NCBI GenBank assembly: GCA_963711565.1 | Contig: CAVQEQ010000001.1 | Span: 448,001 to 512,000, forward strand | Origin: an uncultured delta proteobacterium | GTDB taxonomy: Bacteria > Desulfobacterota > Binatia > Binatales > Binataceae | Direction of reading: 5' to 3' | Length of the DNA stretch: 64,000 bases | Shown here: positions 28,559-38,707 of the stretch, in pieces | Layout: each line of letters begins with the position of its first letter | Numbering within the stretch: the first letter of the stretch is position 1 | Notes under the pieces: generated by a model | Database searches by the model: none | What the model saw: the letters and a program-made list of their open reading frames with translations, nothing else | What the model was told of the DNA's origin: nothing | Position numbers and translations under genes: made by a program

Positions 28559-29260
28559 ATGATCTGTTCCCTGTTGTTGATTCTTTCGCTCGTGTGCAGA
28601 CCAAATCAGGCGCTGTCGCAACCGATTCCGCACGAATCCGAGAACGGGGCTGCCGCTCTGACCTATTGGGCCGATCTAAGGAAGAAGAAGAGCTTTGTTT
28701 TTAGCGCAAACCTGGACCTGCCCGAACTCAGCAACAACCAGAGTTGGTATTGTGTCTGGATAATGGTTTCAGAGTTGAAAGGCACGAGCCAACATCCGTC
28801 GATGCTTCAAGTCGGGCTAATGCGCTGGGATCAGAGTAAGTTTCAGATGCAGCCGTTCATCACCACGGAGCAACGGGGTAAGAACCTGGTGTTCAAGCCA
28901 GTCGGAGAAAATCTCACCGGTTATCACCGGTTTGCAGTTGCCGACGATCCTTCGACGATCGAGCTGAGAATGGATGGCAAGGTATTGATGTCCGCGCCGC
29001 GCAAGGACTTCTTCAAGGACGAGATTATTTACGTGAAGATAGCAGCAGAAGTGTATGCCGTTGGAGAGAGGGCCTCAGGGCTCGTAAACAACGTCACACT
29101 CGCAACTGACGGAGACAAAGAGGAGACGCCGAGTTTCTATGCGGCGTTCGAAGACCGAGGCCTCAAGTTCGTGTGCAAAGGAAAGGGTCGATGGGAAGCG
29201 ACGGGACGATTCGATCCCGCGCAGCGTTTCGTACAATACGAGCCGCCTCCATGTCCTTGA
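28559..29260 (+). CDS. Hypothetical exported beta-rich protein, copy 2 (alternative start 28457)
   Basis: Paralog of 27714-28466; signal-like MICSLLLILSLV...QALS. Confidence 0.75.
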   Translation: MICSLLLILSLVCRPNQALSQPIPHESENGAAALTYWADLRKKKSFVFSANLDLPELSNNQSWYCVWIMVSELKGTSQHPSMLQVGLMRWDQSKFQMQPFITTEQRGKNLVFKPVGENLTGYHRFAVADDPSTIELRMDGKVLMSAPRKDFFKDEIIYVKIAAEVYAVGERASGLVNNVTLATDGDKEETPSFYAAFEDRGLKFVCKGKGRWEATGRFDPAQRFVQYEPPPCP

Positions 29261-29272
29261 ACGCGACCGAAA

Positions 29273-30109
29273 CTAGCGCGCCAGGAACACCGGGCACGGC
29301 GAGTTGCGCAGCACGTACTCAGTCGTCGAGCCGAGCACCATCTCGATGATCCTGCTGTGGCCGTAAGCGCCGATGAACAGCAGGTCGGCGTCGTGCTCCT
29401 TGAGGAACTTCACGATTTCCTCGTTGGCGTGACCTTGCAGGAGCTTGAACTCGGCCTTGGGCGTGTAGTTCTCGAAGTAGGTGCGCGCCTCGGCGAGAGT
29501 CCGCTCGCCCAGCTTGGGATCGCGCGCGCAGGTGACGACGGTTACCGGAACGCCGAGGCCGCTGGCGATTTCCGCCGCCGATCGCATCGCGCGCGACGCC
29601 CGTTCGCTGCCGTCGTAGGCCAGCACCGGCCGTTTGACCTCGCGAAACTTGTTAGGCGAGATGAACAACTGGCGCGGAGATTTGCGCGCGACGCTTTCCG
29701 CCGTCGATCCCAGCAGTCCGGTCGAGAATTTCTCGTTGACCCCGCGATGCCCGATCATCACAAGGTCGGCGCTGCGTGCCCGATCGCAAATCTGGTTGGC
29801 GACGATCCCCATGTCGAGCACGGTCTCGACCGCGAGATTCTCGCGGCGCGCGCTGGCGGCAAACTCGTCGAGCACGCCGCGGCCGCGGGCGGTCAGCACC
29901 TCGCGCATCTTGGACGAAAAATCCAGATATGGTTCCAGCCCGAGCGAACCTGATATATCATGGAAAAACGAGCCTTCGATCGACACGATATCGACGACAT
30001 GCAATCCAATCAGCGACGCATTGAAAATTCGCGCGAAGTAGAAAGCGTACTGTTGTGCGTTTTTGGAATGATCGGAGGTGTCGATGCCGATGAGGATTTT
30101 CTTGATCAC
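29273..30109 (-). CDS. Universal stress protein (tandem USP domains)
   Basis: ILIGIDTS, LLGSTAE, AYDGS and GAYGHS...LGSTTE. Confidence 0.93.
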   Translation of the reverse strand: MIKKILIGIDTSDHSKNAQQYAFYFARIFNASLIGLHVVDIVSIEGSFFHDISGSLGLEPYLDFSSKMREVLTARGRGVLDEFAASARRENLAVETVLDMGIVANQICDRARSADLVMIGHRGVNEKFSTGLLGSTAESVARKSPRQLFISPNKFREVKRPVLAYDGSERASRAMRSAAEIASGLGVPVTVVTCARDPKLGERTLAEARTYFENYTPKAEFKLLQGHANEEIVKFLKEHDADLLFIGAYGHSRIIEMVLGSTTEYVLRNSPCPVFLAR

Positions 30110-30212
30110 GCGCGTGACCTCCGCGTCAGTTACCGCGATAACACGCCGCGCGGTTATGCCTCAAGAGCCGCGGTAGCGCAACCGAAATCGATTGCGCAGG
30201 GATGCAGGTGAA

Positions 30213-30506
30213 ATGAGCGAACTCAGTGAAGCGCGGATGATGAGAATCGTGGACGAGCTGGCCGAAGCTGCGCAGCGCGTCGGACTCGAGGTTCGGCGCG
30301 AAAAGATTATGCGCGAAATCGGCTACCGCACGCGCGGCGGCGCATGCCGGCTGCGCGACAAGAACCTGCTCATTATAGATCGCGATCAGCCCGCCGCGGA
30401 GCAGCTCGAAGTGATCGCCGAGGCGCTGCGCTCGCGAGATCTCGAATCCTTGTATCTGTCACCGGCGGCGCGTCGCGTCGTTCACCTCGGAGAAGCCGCA
30501 ACCTGA
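30213..30506 (+). CDS. Hypothetical protein
   Basis: RBS and ATG; GGACRL and LYLSPAAR; directly upstream of the Fur-family gene. Confidence 0.7.
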   Translation: MSELSEARMMRIVDELAEAAQRVGLEVRREKIMREIGYRTRGGACRLRDKNLLIIDRDQPAAEQLEVIAEALRSRDLESLYLSPAARRVVHLGEAAT

Positions 30507-30514
30507 GCACTGAG

Positions 30515-31021
30515 ATGCCGCGTCCCGCTGAAAGCCATTCGGCCGGCCATACCGTAATCGATCGCAAGCCCGCGATCAGCGCGGAGCAGCGGATGCTTAC
30601 CTTCCACGCCCGCCTCAAGGAGCGCGGTCTTAAGTCTACCGGCCAGCGCGACGACATCGCGCGCGTGTTCTTCGATCACGGTCATCATATCAGCGCCGAG
30701 GAACTGTATGCGGAGGTCAAGAAGATCAACCCGCACGTCGGCTATGCGACGATCTACCGGACGCTGCGCCTGCTCAAGGAATGCGCGCTGCTGTACGAGC
30801 GCCATTTCGACGAAGGTCAGGCGCGTTACGAAGCGGTCGGCGAGCGCCATCACGATCATTTCATCTGCGAGCGATGCGGCCGCATCATCGAGTTCGAGAA
30901 CGCCGCGATCGAGCGCATGCAGAACATCGTCGCGCGCGACCTCGGCGTGACCTTGACCCGGCACAAGATGGAACTGTACGGAATCTGTTCCGACTGCCAC
31001 GCCCAGCAGCAGGGCATGTAA
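30515..31021 (+). CDS. Fur family transcriptional regulator
   Basis: TGQR, ATIYRTL, HHDHFICERCG and YGICSDC. Confidence 0.93.
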   Translation: MPRPAESHSAGHTVIDRKPAISAEQRMLTFHARLKERGLKSTGQRDDIARVFFDHGHHISAEELYAEVKKINPHVGYATIYRTLRLLKECALLYERHFDEGQARYEAVGERHHDHFICERCGRIIEFENAAIERMQNIVARDLGVTLTRHKMELYGICSDCHAQQQGM

Positions 31022-31071
31022 TCGTAGATAGTCACTCGAATAGCCAGACCCGGCATCAGGAGGGCACGGCG

Positions 31072-31440
31072 ATGATCAAAGCGCGCGGCTTGCGGCATAT
31101 CAATCTTAACGTCAGGGACATCGGCCGATCGCTCAAGTTCTACCAGGACGCGTTCGGTCTCGAAGTTAAATTCTGGGAAGGGAAGAGGATGGTCTTCATT
31201 CACTCGCCCGGCGTCGACGAGACGATTACGCTATGCCAGGCCGATGCGGACGAACCGGTCGCCGGCGGCGGCGTTTCGCATTTCGGCTTTTCGATCGCGA
31301 AGAACAACCTCGACGAAATGGTCCGTCAAATCGAGCACGCCGGCGGAAAGCTGCAAAGTCGCGGCGAACATGCACCCGGCGTGCCGTACGCGTACCTCAC
31401 CGATCCCGACGGCTACGTGATCGAGCTGGGAAATTCGTAG
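31072..31440 (+). CDS. VOC/glyoxalase family protein
   Basis: HINLNV, SHFGF and DPDGYVIEL; AGGAGG RBS. Confidence 0.9.
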   Translation: MIKARGLRHINLNVRDIGRSLKFYQDAFGLEVKFWEGKRMVFIHSPGVDETITLCQADADEPVAGGGVSHFGFSIAKNNLDEMVRQIEHAGGKLQSRGEHAPGVPYAYLTDPDGYVIELGNS

Positions 31441-31462
31441 ATAGCTACTTGCTATAGCCACT

Positions 31463-31747
31463 ATGAAACACGCGGGACCCGATGCGCTCGATCAGCTCGA
31501 GCCTGTCCTCGATGAAATTCGGCGGCTCGACGGACTCAAGGAAAAGAAGCGCGGGTCCTTCTATCTAGGCAAGGTTTGGCTTCTGCATTTCCACGAAGAT
31601 CTGGCGGGATTTTTCGCCGATCTCCAGGATGGCGACGACTTCGTGCGCTTGCCGGTAAATACGAAGACCCAGACGCGAACGTTGCTGCGGCGCGTCGCGG
31701 GTGCCGTCAAGTCCGCGAAGAGCGGCTGCCTCCGCGCCGCTGAGTAG
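31463..31747 (+). CDS. Hypothetical protein
   Basis: Coding-like ORF with LKEKKRGSFY...LHFHED motif. Confidence 0.65.
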   Translation: MKHAGPDALDQLEPVLDEIRRLDGLKEKKRGSFYLGKVWLLHFHEDLAGFFADLQDGDDFVRLPVNTKTQTRTLLRRVAGAVKSAKSGCLRAAE

Positions 31748-31952
31748 TGCGCTGCCCGAACGCGACACCGAATCTGCTATCGGGACCCGAGCGATGCCGA
31801 AAATTCATGTCGTTGCCGCAATGCGGACAGTTGACGTCGTTGTACCTGACGAATCGCCCGCAGAACGGACACATGTAGCGGTGCGTTGCTTTCCAATAGA
31901 AGAACGCCGCCGTCAGCGCCACCATCAGCAGGCCGATGATTGTTTGCCGCAC
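31707..31952 (-). CDS. Small membrane-anchored zinc-ribbon protein
   Basis: N-terminal TM helix, then CPFCG...CPHCG. Confidence 0.6.
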   Translation of the reverse strand: MRQTIIGLLMVALTAAFFYWKATHRYMCPFCGRFVRYNDVNCPHCGNDMNFRHRSGPDSRFGVAFGQRTTQRRGGSRSSRT

Positions 31953-31970
31953 CAGATTTGCGCCCCGAAG

Positions 31971-32387
31971 CTAGACGATCCCTTCCTTCAACTTCTCTTC
32001 AAGCGCGCCGATATTGACGCGATGCCCCTCGGCCATCACGACGAGAAATGCCTTGAGCTGTGCGTCGCTGACGGTCGGGACGTTTTCTTCGATCTTGCGA
32101 ATCACCCATCGCTGGCCGCGATTCAGTAGCTCAAGCTTGCCGCGGAAATCTCCGACCGCGCGGATCTTCTCGACAAAGTCCCCCGTCTTCGTCAACGGAA
32201 TCCCGCCGAGCCGGCGCACATGTGACGCCAGCTCACCGGCGTAGTAGCCTTCGTCGTGGCCGACCTTTTTGAGCATCTCGCGCAGCTCGAGCGAATGCGC
32301 CAGCTCCGTCAGCTCATGCAGGACGCGGCCGCCGGCACGCTCGGCTTCAGCCAACGAATTGAGAAATCCTTCGAGTTGCGAATCCAT
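31971..32387 (-). CDS. Ferritin-like four-helix protein (DUF6306-like)
   Basis: EAERAG, DE, TGDF, LNRGQRWV and H..N pattern. Confidence 0.7.
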   Translation of the reverse strand: MDSQLEGFLNSLAEAERAGGRVLHELTELAHSLELREMLKKVGHDEGYYAGELASHVRRLGGIPLTKTGDFVEKIRAVGDFRGKLELLNRGQRWVIRKIEENVPTVSDAQLKAFLVVMAEGHRVNIGALEEKLKEGIV

Positions 32388-32407
32388 CGAATCGCCTCCG
32401 CACGCAA

Positions 32408-34150
32408 TTAGAGCATCGGCACCACCGGGCAATACGCCGCGCTGAAAATCGCGTGCCCGCTGAGCGCGGCGCGAATCAGCTCGACGACCGGCTCGACCAG
32501 CCGCGCCGCCGGGCGCTGCGCGATAGACGCGACCATCTTGCCGCTCGACAGCGATTGCAGCAGGCCCGGCTGCGCCGGAAGTTCGATGACGCCGACCGGC
32601 TGATCGGGCGCGAGGCGCGCCAAACCTTTCGCCGCCGCCATCGCGTCGTCGAGTCCGCCGAGCGAATCGACCAGCTTGAGGTTGACCGCCTGCTCGCCCG
32701 TCCAGACCCGTCCCTGCGCGACCGCGTCGGCCTGCTCGACCGTGATATGGCGTCCGGCCGAGACCAGTTTCAGGAAGTACTGGTAGTTGCGCTGGATGTC
32801 ATCCTCGAACTGCTTCGATTGCGCGGGCGTGAAATCGGTCCACATGTCGAACATCCCGACGTTTGCCCCGCGGCTCACCGCGTCGGTGTTCGCATAAATT
32901 TTCTGCGCGGCTGGCGTGATGTTGAATTTGCCGCCGAGCACGCCGATCGAGCCGGTGATCGTGCCGGGCTCGGCGATAATTTTCGCGGCCGGAATCGATA
33001 TCAAGTATCCGCCCGACGCGCCGTATCCCGACATGCTGACGACCACGGGTTTCTTCTTCGCCGTGAGCTCGACCTCGCGGCCGATGAGTTCCGACGCGAG
33101 CATCGAGCCGCCGGGCGAATCGACCCGCAGGATCACGGCGCGCACGTCGTCGTCCTCGCGCGCGGATTTGAACGCTTCGGTCATGTCGTCGGAAGTCATC
33201 GCCGTCGTATCGGGACCTGAAAATGGATCGAAGCCTTCGCCGCCGCGCTGAATTTCTCCGTCGCCGTAAATCACCGCGATTTCATCCCCGCCGCTAAAGT
33301 TGGAGAACAGGCTCGTACGCGCGTAGTCGGTGTAATCGACCACTTTGTGGACCGAGCCGCCGTGATTTTTCACGCGCTCGATGAACTCGTCTTCGTATTC
33401 GAGCCGATCCACCAGCCGCGCCTTAAGGCCGTCGTCCGCATTGATCGGTGCCTGATCGATCAGACTCTTAATCGTGTCGGGACTCAGCTTGCGCTCGGCG
33501 CCCATCGCGGCAACGATCTGATCGAACAAGCTGCCCGCGAGCCCTTCGTCCTCTTCCTTTTGCGCCGGCGTGAAATCCTTGTTGGTGAACATGTTAGCCG
33601 CGCTCTTGAACTGCCCCGCCGAAGCGAAATTCGGCGTAATCCCCAGCCAGTCGAGCGTGCCGCGCATGAAGAGCTCGCGCAGCTGGACGCCCATCAGGTT
33701 AAGATCGCCCTGCGGCATCAGTGAGACCTCGTCGGCGGCGCTCGCGACGATATAGGGCGTGTTGCCCAGGCCCGATTCACCGGCGGTCTCGAGGTACGCC
33801 TCGGTCCACTTGCCGTGGCTCTCGAACGACTTGATCAGCGCGACGATCTCCTGCGCCTGCGCAAGTTCCATCTCGGGGTTGAGGACCTTGATCTCCAGCC
33901 CGACGATTTTCGGATCCTTCGCACCGCGATCGATCGCATTGCGCAGCGTGTTGAGTGCCGTCTCATTTTTGCTGAGCAAGCCGAGCACGCTGCTGCTGCC
34001 GCGCTCGACGACCGTTCCGTCAAGTTCGACCGCGAGAACCGAGTTGGGCTGCACGCGATGCGAGATGTAGTCCGAGATGGCGACGATCGCGATCAACACC
34101 GCGGCGATGACCACCGTTCGAATAATCCATCGAAAAAGCCTTCTGAACAT
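32408..34150 (-). CDS. sppA: Signal peptide peptidase SppA (67K type)
   Basis: FKSA, RVDSPGG, ASGGY, TGSIGV and QGRVWTG. Confidence 0.95.
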   Translation of the reverse strand: MFRRLFRWIIRTVVIAAVLIAIVAISDYISHRVQPNSVLAVELDGTVVERGSSSVLGLLSKNETALNTLRNAIDRGAKDPKIVGLEIKVLNPEMELAQAQEIVALIKSFESHGKWTEAYLETAGESGLGNTPYIVASAADEVSLMPQGDLNLMGVQLRELFMRGTLDWLGITPNFASAGQFKSAANMFTNKDFTPAQKEEDEGLAGSLFDQIVAAMGAERKLSPDTIKSLIDQAPINADDGLKARLVDRLEYEDEFIERVKNHGGSVHKVVDYTDYARTSLFSNFSGGDEIAVIYGDGEIQRGGEGFDPFSGPDTTAMTSDDMTEAFKSAREDDDVRAVILRVDSPGGSMLASELIGREVELTAKKKPVVVSMSGYGASGGYLISIPAAKIIAEPGTITGSIGVLGGKFNITPAAQKIYANTDAVSRGANVGMFDMWTDFTPAQSKQFEDDIQRNYQYFLKLVSAGRHITVEQADAVAQGRVWTGEQAVNLKLVDSLGGLDDAMAAAKGLARLAPDQPVGVIELPAQPGLLQSLSSGKMVASIAQRPAARLVEPVVELIRAALSGHAIFSAAYCPVVPML

Positions 34151-34237
34151 TCAGTCCTCCGGGACGCGGAAAGCGCGCTGGGGGCGCGTTTCCTTTACAC
34201 CAGCAACTGGTATGAATAGCCAACCATACCCGATTGC

Positions 34238-35710
34238 ATGGAGCCAGTCGCCAAAATACCGCCGCCCGAGCCCGCCGTCCCGGACGCGCCCCGCGAACCT
34301 CTGATGAACGAAGGCGAGGCCGGCGCGATTCATCGCAGAATCGTCGCGCTGGCGTTCGCCGCCTGGATTTTCGACTTCTACGATCTCGTCCTCTACTCGT
34401 TCCTGCTGGTTCCCGTCGCGCGCGAACTGCATCTGACGCCAGAGCAGTCGTCGCTCGCGTTGGGCACGTCGCTCTTGGTGACGGCGCTCGGCGGAGTCAT
34501 CTTCGGATTTCTCGGCGATCGTTACGGGCGCAAGCCGATGATCGCGGCGACAGTCGCGATCTACGGCGTCGGCACCGCGCTATGCGGCTTCAGCCAGAGT
34601 CTCGCGCAACTGATCCTGTTTCGCTCGTTAACCGGGCTCGGGATGGGCGGCGGATGGGCCCCCGGACAAAGCCTCGTCGCCGAGAGTGTACCGGCCGACC
34701 GCCGCGCGCGATACGCCGCCTACGTACAGACGGGAGCGCCGCTCGGAGTCTTGCTGGCGGCCGCGGCGGGCGGCTATCTCGCACCCGTGGTGGGATGGCG
34801 TCTGACGTTCATGCTCTCGGGCGTGCCCGCAATTTTCGTCGTCGCCGCCGTGTTGAAGTGGATGCCGGAGAGCGACGTCTGGCGCCGCTCGCGGATCGAC
34901 CTCATCGACCGCGGCGTGGACCTGCGCGCGATTCTCGTCCATCGCCGCATCTTCGTGCTGCTGTTCATCGTGGTGCTGCTGAACTCTGAGGCGTACTGGT
35001 TCACGTACACCTGGATGCCGGGATACCTGGAACTCAAACGCGGGCTGACGGCCGTTGCCGCGAGTCATCTCCTGATCAAGATGCAAATCGGCGGCGTGCT
35101 CGGGTACCTGACGTTTGGACGCGTCGCGGATAGATTCGGGCGGCGTCCGGCGTTCTGCGCATATGGCCTGCTGATGGCCGCCGGCACGATCCCGCCGACG
35201 ATTCTGTGGAGTGCAGCGGTCGCGGTGCCGGGACTAATCTCGGCTGCGATGTTCACGGCGGGATTCGGCACCGGCATCTGGGCGGGAATCGCGCCGATGA
35301 TCGCCGAGCTGATGCCGACGCGAATTCGCAATACGAGCCTCGGATTGGTGTTGAATGTCACACGAGGCTTCCAGTTCTTCACTCCAATCCTGATCGCGAT
35401 GCTCGGCGCAAGGTTCGGTTTCGGCGCGACGCTGTCGCTCGGCGCGCTCTTCTCGACGCTAGGCGCCCTGCTGGTCTGGATACTCCCCGAAACCCGCGGC
35501 CGCTCAATCACGGCGCTCGATTCGATCCTCGCTCCTCGCCTCCCCCCACAATGGGGGAGGTCGCCGCTCGTCTTCGAGCGGCGAGTGGAGGACCAAAGTT
35601 TTCCGGATTCAGAAGGCGGCGCAACGGACAGTCGAGCCGCAAAGATCCTCCACCCTAACCCTCCCCCAACGAATCGGGGGAGGGAATCAGAACTACGGCG
35701 AGCTGCCTAG
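34238..35710 (+). CDS. MFS transporter; the ORF 3' end runs through REP elements
   Basis: FDFYD, GDRYGRK, ADRFGRR and LPETRGR; residues after ~35530 are translated repeat. Confidence 0.88.
   Translation: MEPVAKIPPPEPAVPDAPREPLMNEGEAGAIHRRIVALAFAAWIFDFYDLVLYSFLLVPVARELHLTPEQSSLALGTSLLVTALGGVIFGFLGDRYGRKPMIAATVAIYGVGTALCGFSQSLAQLILFRSLTGLGMGGGWAPGQSLVAESVPADRRARYAAYVQTGAPLGVLLAAAAGGYLAPVVGWRLTFMLSGVPAIFVVAAVLKWMPESDVWRRSRIDLIDRGVDLRAILVHRRIFVLLFIVVLLNSEAYWFTYTWMPGYLELKRGLTAVAASHLLIKMQIGGVLGYLTFGRVADRFGRRPAFCAYGLLMAAGTIPPTILWSAAVAVPGLISAAMFTAGFGTGIWAGIAPMIAELMPTRIRNTSLGLVLNVTRGFQFFTPILIAMLGARFGFGATLSLGALFSTLGALLVWILPETRGRSITALDSILAPRLPPQWGRSPLVFERRVEDQSFPDSEGGATDSRAAKILHPNPPPTNRGRESELRRAA
35533..35686. 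repeat. REP-like double-hairpin element plus a partial inverted partner (family A)
   Basis: CCTCCCCC-loop-GGGGGAGG then CGCTCG-TCTT-CGAGCG and GTGGAGGACC; near-identical copies at 39637 and 44621. Confidence 0.8.
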
Positions 35711-37537
35711 CGGTTTGTGCTCGACGGTCGAGCCGTCGAGATACGGCTCGTCGCCGAGCCATGTCACGCGAATCGTCGTGATGGCCTCGACGCCTTGCAG
35801 CGTCAGGTCCGCCGTCATCGTTTGCGTATGCGATCCTCCCGCGCTTCGGCGGCCCTCAGTCAGCGCCTCGGCCATCGCGCGTCCTGCGGGCGCGACACCG
35901 CCCGGTCCGATATTCGGCAGCGTGCCGAGTATCTCAGTGATCGTCGGCGTGACGTTGGTGTTCGCCGTGGGATTTAAATCGACGAACCCGCGCCGGAAGT
36001 CCGGGCCGATCGCGGCGCAAAAATTATGAATCTCGCGCTCGCCTGCCGCGCCATGCATCCCCATGCCGGTTGTGAACGTCTGGCTGGTCCCGGTGTCCGC
36101 GTACACGACGCCCTTCACCGGATGCACCAGTTCGGCGGATTTGTTCGGCGTCGAGACCTGCCCGATTTGCCCGATCAGAAACGCGGGATTGCCCGGCCCA
36201 GTAAGGCCCTTGTTGTCGGCGTCGGAATCCTCGCGAAACGAAATCACCAGGTCCGGCGATCGCGCGGCATTGTACAGACCAACGACGCGCTGGCTGAAAG
36301 TGCCGTCGATCCATCCGAGGTAAGGCTTGGGCGCGCGAGCACGCCGACCGTGGCGACTCGGCTCATCGGGAGCCGTCGCCGGGTCGCGCGAGAAAATCGG
36401 CCCGCACCATTCCTGCGCCTCGGCGAAGTTGACGATCTTCTGCAGCACCGCGCGCTTCGATTCGGGCGTCGCAAATTCCGTTGGTGAGAGGTACACGAGA
36501 TCCGCGCCGCCGTTGGGCACGACGACAACGTCAATGCTGTCGTGCGATTTCTTGATTCCCGCCGACACCAGCATCTCCGACAGCACGACGCGGAACTTGA
36601 TCGTCGCGAAGCCGTGGTCCGAGACGACAATCAGATCGGTCTTGTCCGCGATTCCCAACGCTTCGATCGCCGCGCGCACGCGCATCAGGTTGTTGTCGCA
36701 AAGGCTGAGCGCCTCCATCGCGGGCATCGTGCCCAACCCTGAAATATGCTGCGTGAGATCAGGATTATGCTGCCAGAAGACGACCAGCGCGGGCCGGCCC
36801 GCATCGGCAGCAGCCTTCGCCGCCGGCAAGGCGTCCTCGACTACCAGCCGCGCGAAATACAAATCGCGCTGCTCGTCGGCCACGCTGGTTTTCGAGTCGG
36901 GTGGAACCTCGATATTTAATTTCTGACTCGACGAGACGAAGTCTTCCGACGCGAACAGGTAATCTCTCTGCGCCTCGCCGACGATATCCTTGCCGTCGAT
37001 GATCGTCGCGACGCGATTGTCGAACACCGAGGTCGGTCCCTGCTTGCCGATCACGCCGACGTAGCCGCCCTCGCGCGCGACTTCCTGCACGATAGTGTCG
37101 AGCCCGATCAGCCGCCCCTTGAATCCAGCCGCCCCGTTTACGTTCATTATCGCCTTGGCGCCCTCAGCCGCGACCATCTGCCCCTTCGGCGCTTCTGCCG
37201 ACGGCGGCAAGTAAAAGTTGTTGCCCTCGAGTCCGTTCACGCCCGGCGGCGCGCCCGTCGCGAGCGCGGTCGCGTTAACCATCGTCAGCGTCGGAAAGAT
37301 CGAGTGATGCTTGTCGAAGCGCACGCCCTCGCGCGCCATCTGAAACAGATTCGGCGTGTCGCGCTGGGTGACGAAGTCGGGCCGCAGCCCGTCCCACACC
37401 ATCAGCACCACGATTCGCCCGCGCCCGCGATGGAGCTCGGTGGAATCTTGCGCGCGCGTCGGCGCGGCTACGAACACAAGCAGGAGCGCGAGAATTTCAG
37501 CCAGCCGTCGAGTGGAGAACATCCCGCCGATCATCAA
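35693..37537 (-). CDS. Alkaline phosphatase superfamily (nucleotide pyrophosphatase/phosphodiesterase) protein
   Basis: WDGLRPD, PTLTMVN, PDLTQH, SDHG and MHG; signal peptide. Confidence 0.88.
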   Translation of the reverse strand: MMIGGMFSTRRLAEILALLLVFVAAPTRAQDSTELHRGRGRIVVLMVWDGLRPDFVTQRDTPNLFQMAREGVRFDKHHSIFPTLTMVNATALATGAPPGVNGLEGNNFYLPPSAEAPKGQMVAAEGAKAIMNVNGAAGFKGRLIGLDTIVQEVAREGGYVGVIGKQGPTSVFDNRVATIIDGKDIVGEAQRDYLFASEDFVSSSQKLNIEVPPDSKTSVADEQRDLYFARLVVEDALPAAKAAADAGRPALVVFWQHNPDLTQHISGLGTMPAMEALSLCDNNLMRVRAAIEALGIADKTDLIVVSDHGFATIKFRVVLSEMLVSAGIKKSHDSIDVVVVPNGGADLVYLSPTEFATPESKRAVLQKIVNFAEAQEWCGPIFSRDPATAPDEPSRHGRRARAPKPYLGWIDGTFSQRVVGLYNAARSPDLVISFREDSDADNKGLTGPGNPAFLIGQIGQVSTPNKSAELVHPVKGVVYADTGTSQTFTTGMGMHGAAGEREIHNFCAAIGPDFRRGFVDLNPTANTNVTPTITEILGTLPNIGPGGVAPAGRAMAEALTEGRRSAGGSHTQTMTADLTLQGVEAITTIRVTWLGDEPYLDGSTVEHKPLGSSP

Positions 37538-37558
37538 AGCGGCCCGCGACCGATCGTG

Positions 37559-38574
37559 TCAATCGTTCTTCGCAGCCGGCGTCGCTATTGGCGTCCGCGG
37601 ATGTGCCTTGAAGAATTCCCAGATTACGTTGGTGGCGTTCAGATTGTCGCTCGCCTTGCCGACCCATTTTTCGGGCAGCCGGCTCTGCCGCCGGGCCACA
37701 CATGACCCAATCCCTGGACGCGGTAGTACTCGACCTCGCCGCCCTTGATGCAATGGTCGTAGGTGATTTCCAGCACGCCGTTGCCGCGGGCGGTCTCCAT
37801 CTCCGGTCCGCACCCGAGCATCCGCTCCCATTCCTTGAGCGAATCCTCGACCGGCGGGCGCGATTTGATCTTTTCCCACTGGAGTTTCACGTTGCCGCCG
37901 TCGATCGGATTGAACGGATCGCCCGTGCCGACGATGAAGAGCAGCGGAACGGGATAGGCGAATTGCTTTTCCCGGTACCAGAACGGACCCGCGACCGGTG
38001 CGATCGCCGCGATTCGATCCGACAGGTTGAGCCCGACGCTGAACGTCATCGACGCGCCGTTGGAAAAGCCGGTGCAGTAGATTCGCGCCGGGTCGGCGGA
38101 GTAGCGCACCTCGAGGAAATCGATCATCGCGGAGATAAAGCCGAGGTCGTCCACGTGTTCCACGCCGATCGTGCCGCTACCGGAGCCGTCGTTCCACAGC
38201 CGCGGATTGAACAGAAATTGTGCGGGCATATCGGGATGCGGTGGCGTGCCGTCGGGGAAAACCGCGATGAAGCCCTCTCGATCGGACTTCGCGTCCCATC
38301 CCGTCTCAGCGATCGCACCCGCACCGCTGCCGCCTGCGCCGTGGAGCATAATCACCAGCGGTATTTTCGATTTGCCGTCGAATCCCGGCGGCACATGCAC
38401 GACGAAGGTGCGCGTCAGCTTGTTGGCGCCCGTCCCGACCACGATCCACTCGTTATGATTACCCGGCGCCGGCACCGCCTGATTCGCGGGCGCACCCGCC
38501 GTCGCCGAAGTCAGCGCGGTCGTCAGTATCGCCGCCGCGACGATTGAAACCCCTGAAGTGGCAAACCTGCGCAT
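37559..38574 (-). CDS. Secreted PHB-depolymerase/LpqC-like esterase; 1-nt frameshift at ~37687
   Basis: LHGAGG, GFSNGA, GHVWPGG; typical C-terminus ATNVIWEFFKAHP lies in the other frame. Confidence 0.85.
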
Positions 38575-38707
38575 CGCTCAGTCCCCCGATCCCCCGAAGC
38601 TCAGTTCAATGTACGCCACGGCTGATACATCGTTTCAGGGTGCAACTCGATTTTTGATTTGGTAGCGTGACCTCGGAACTCTACAAGAGACCGGGAGGAT
38701 CGTCACC

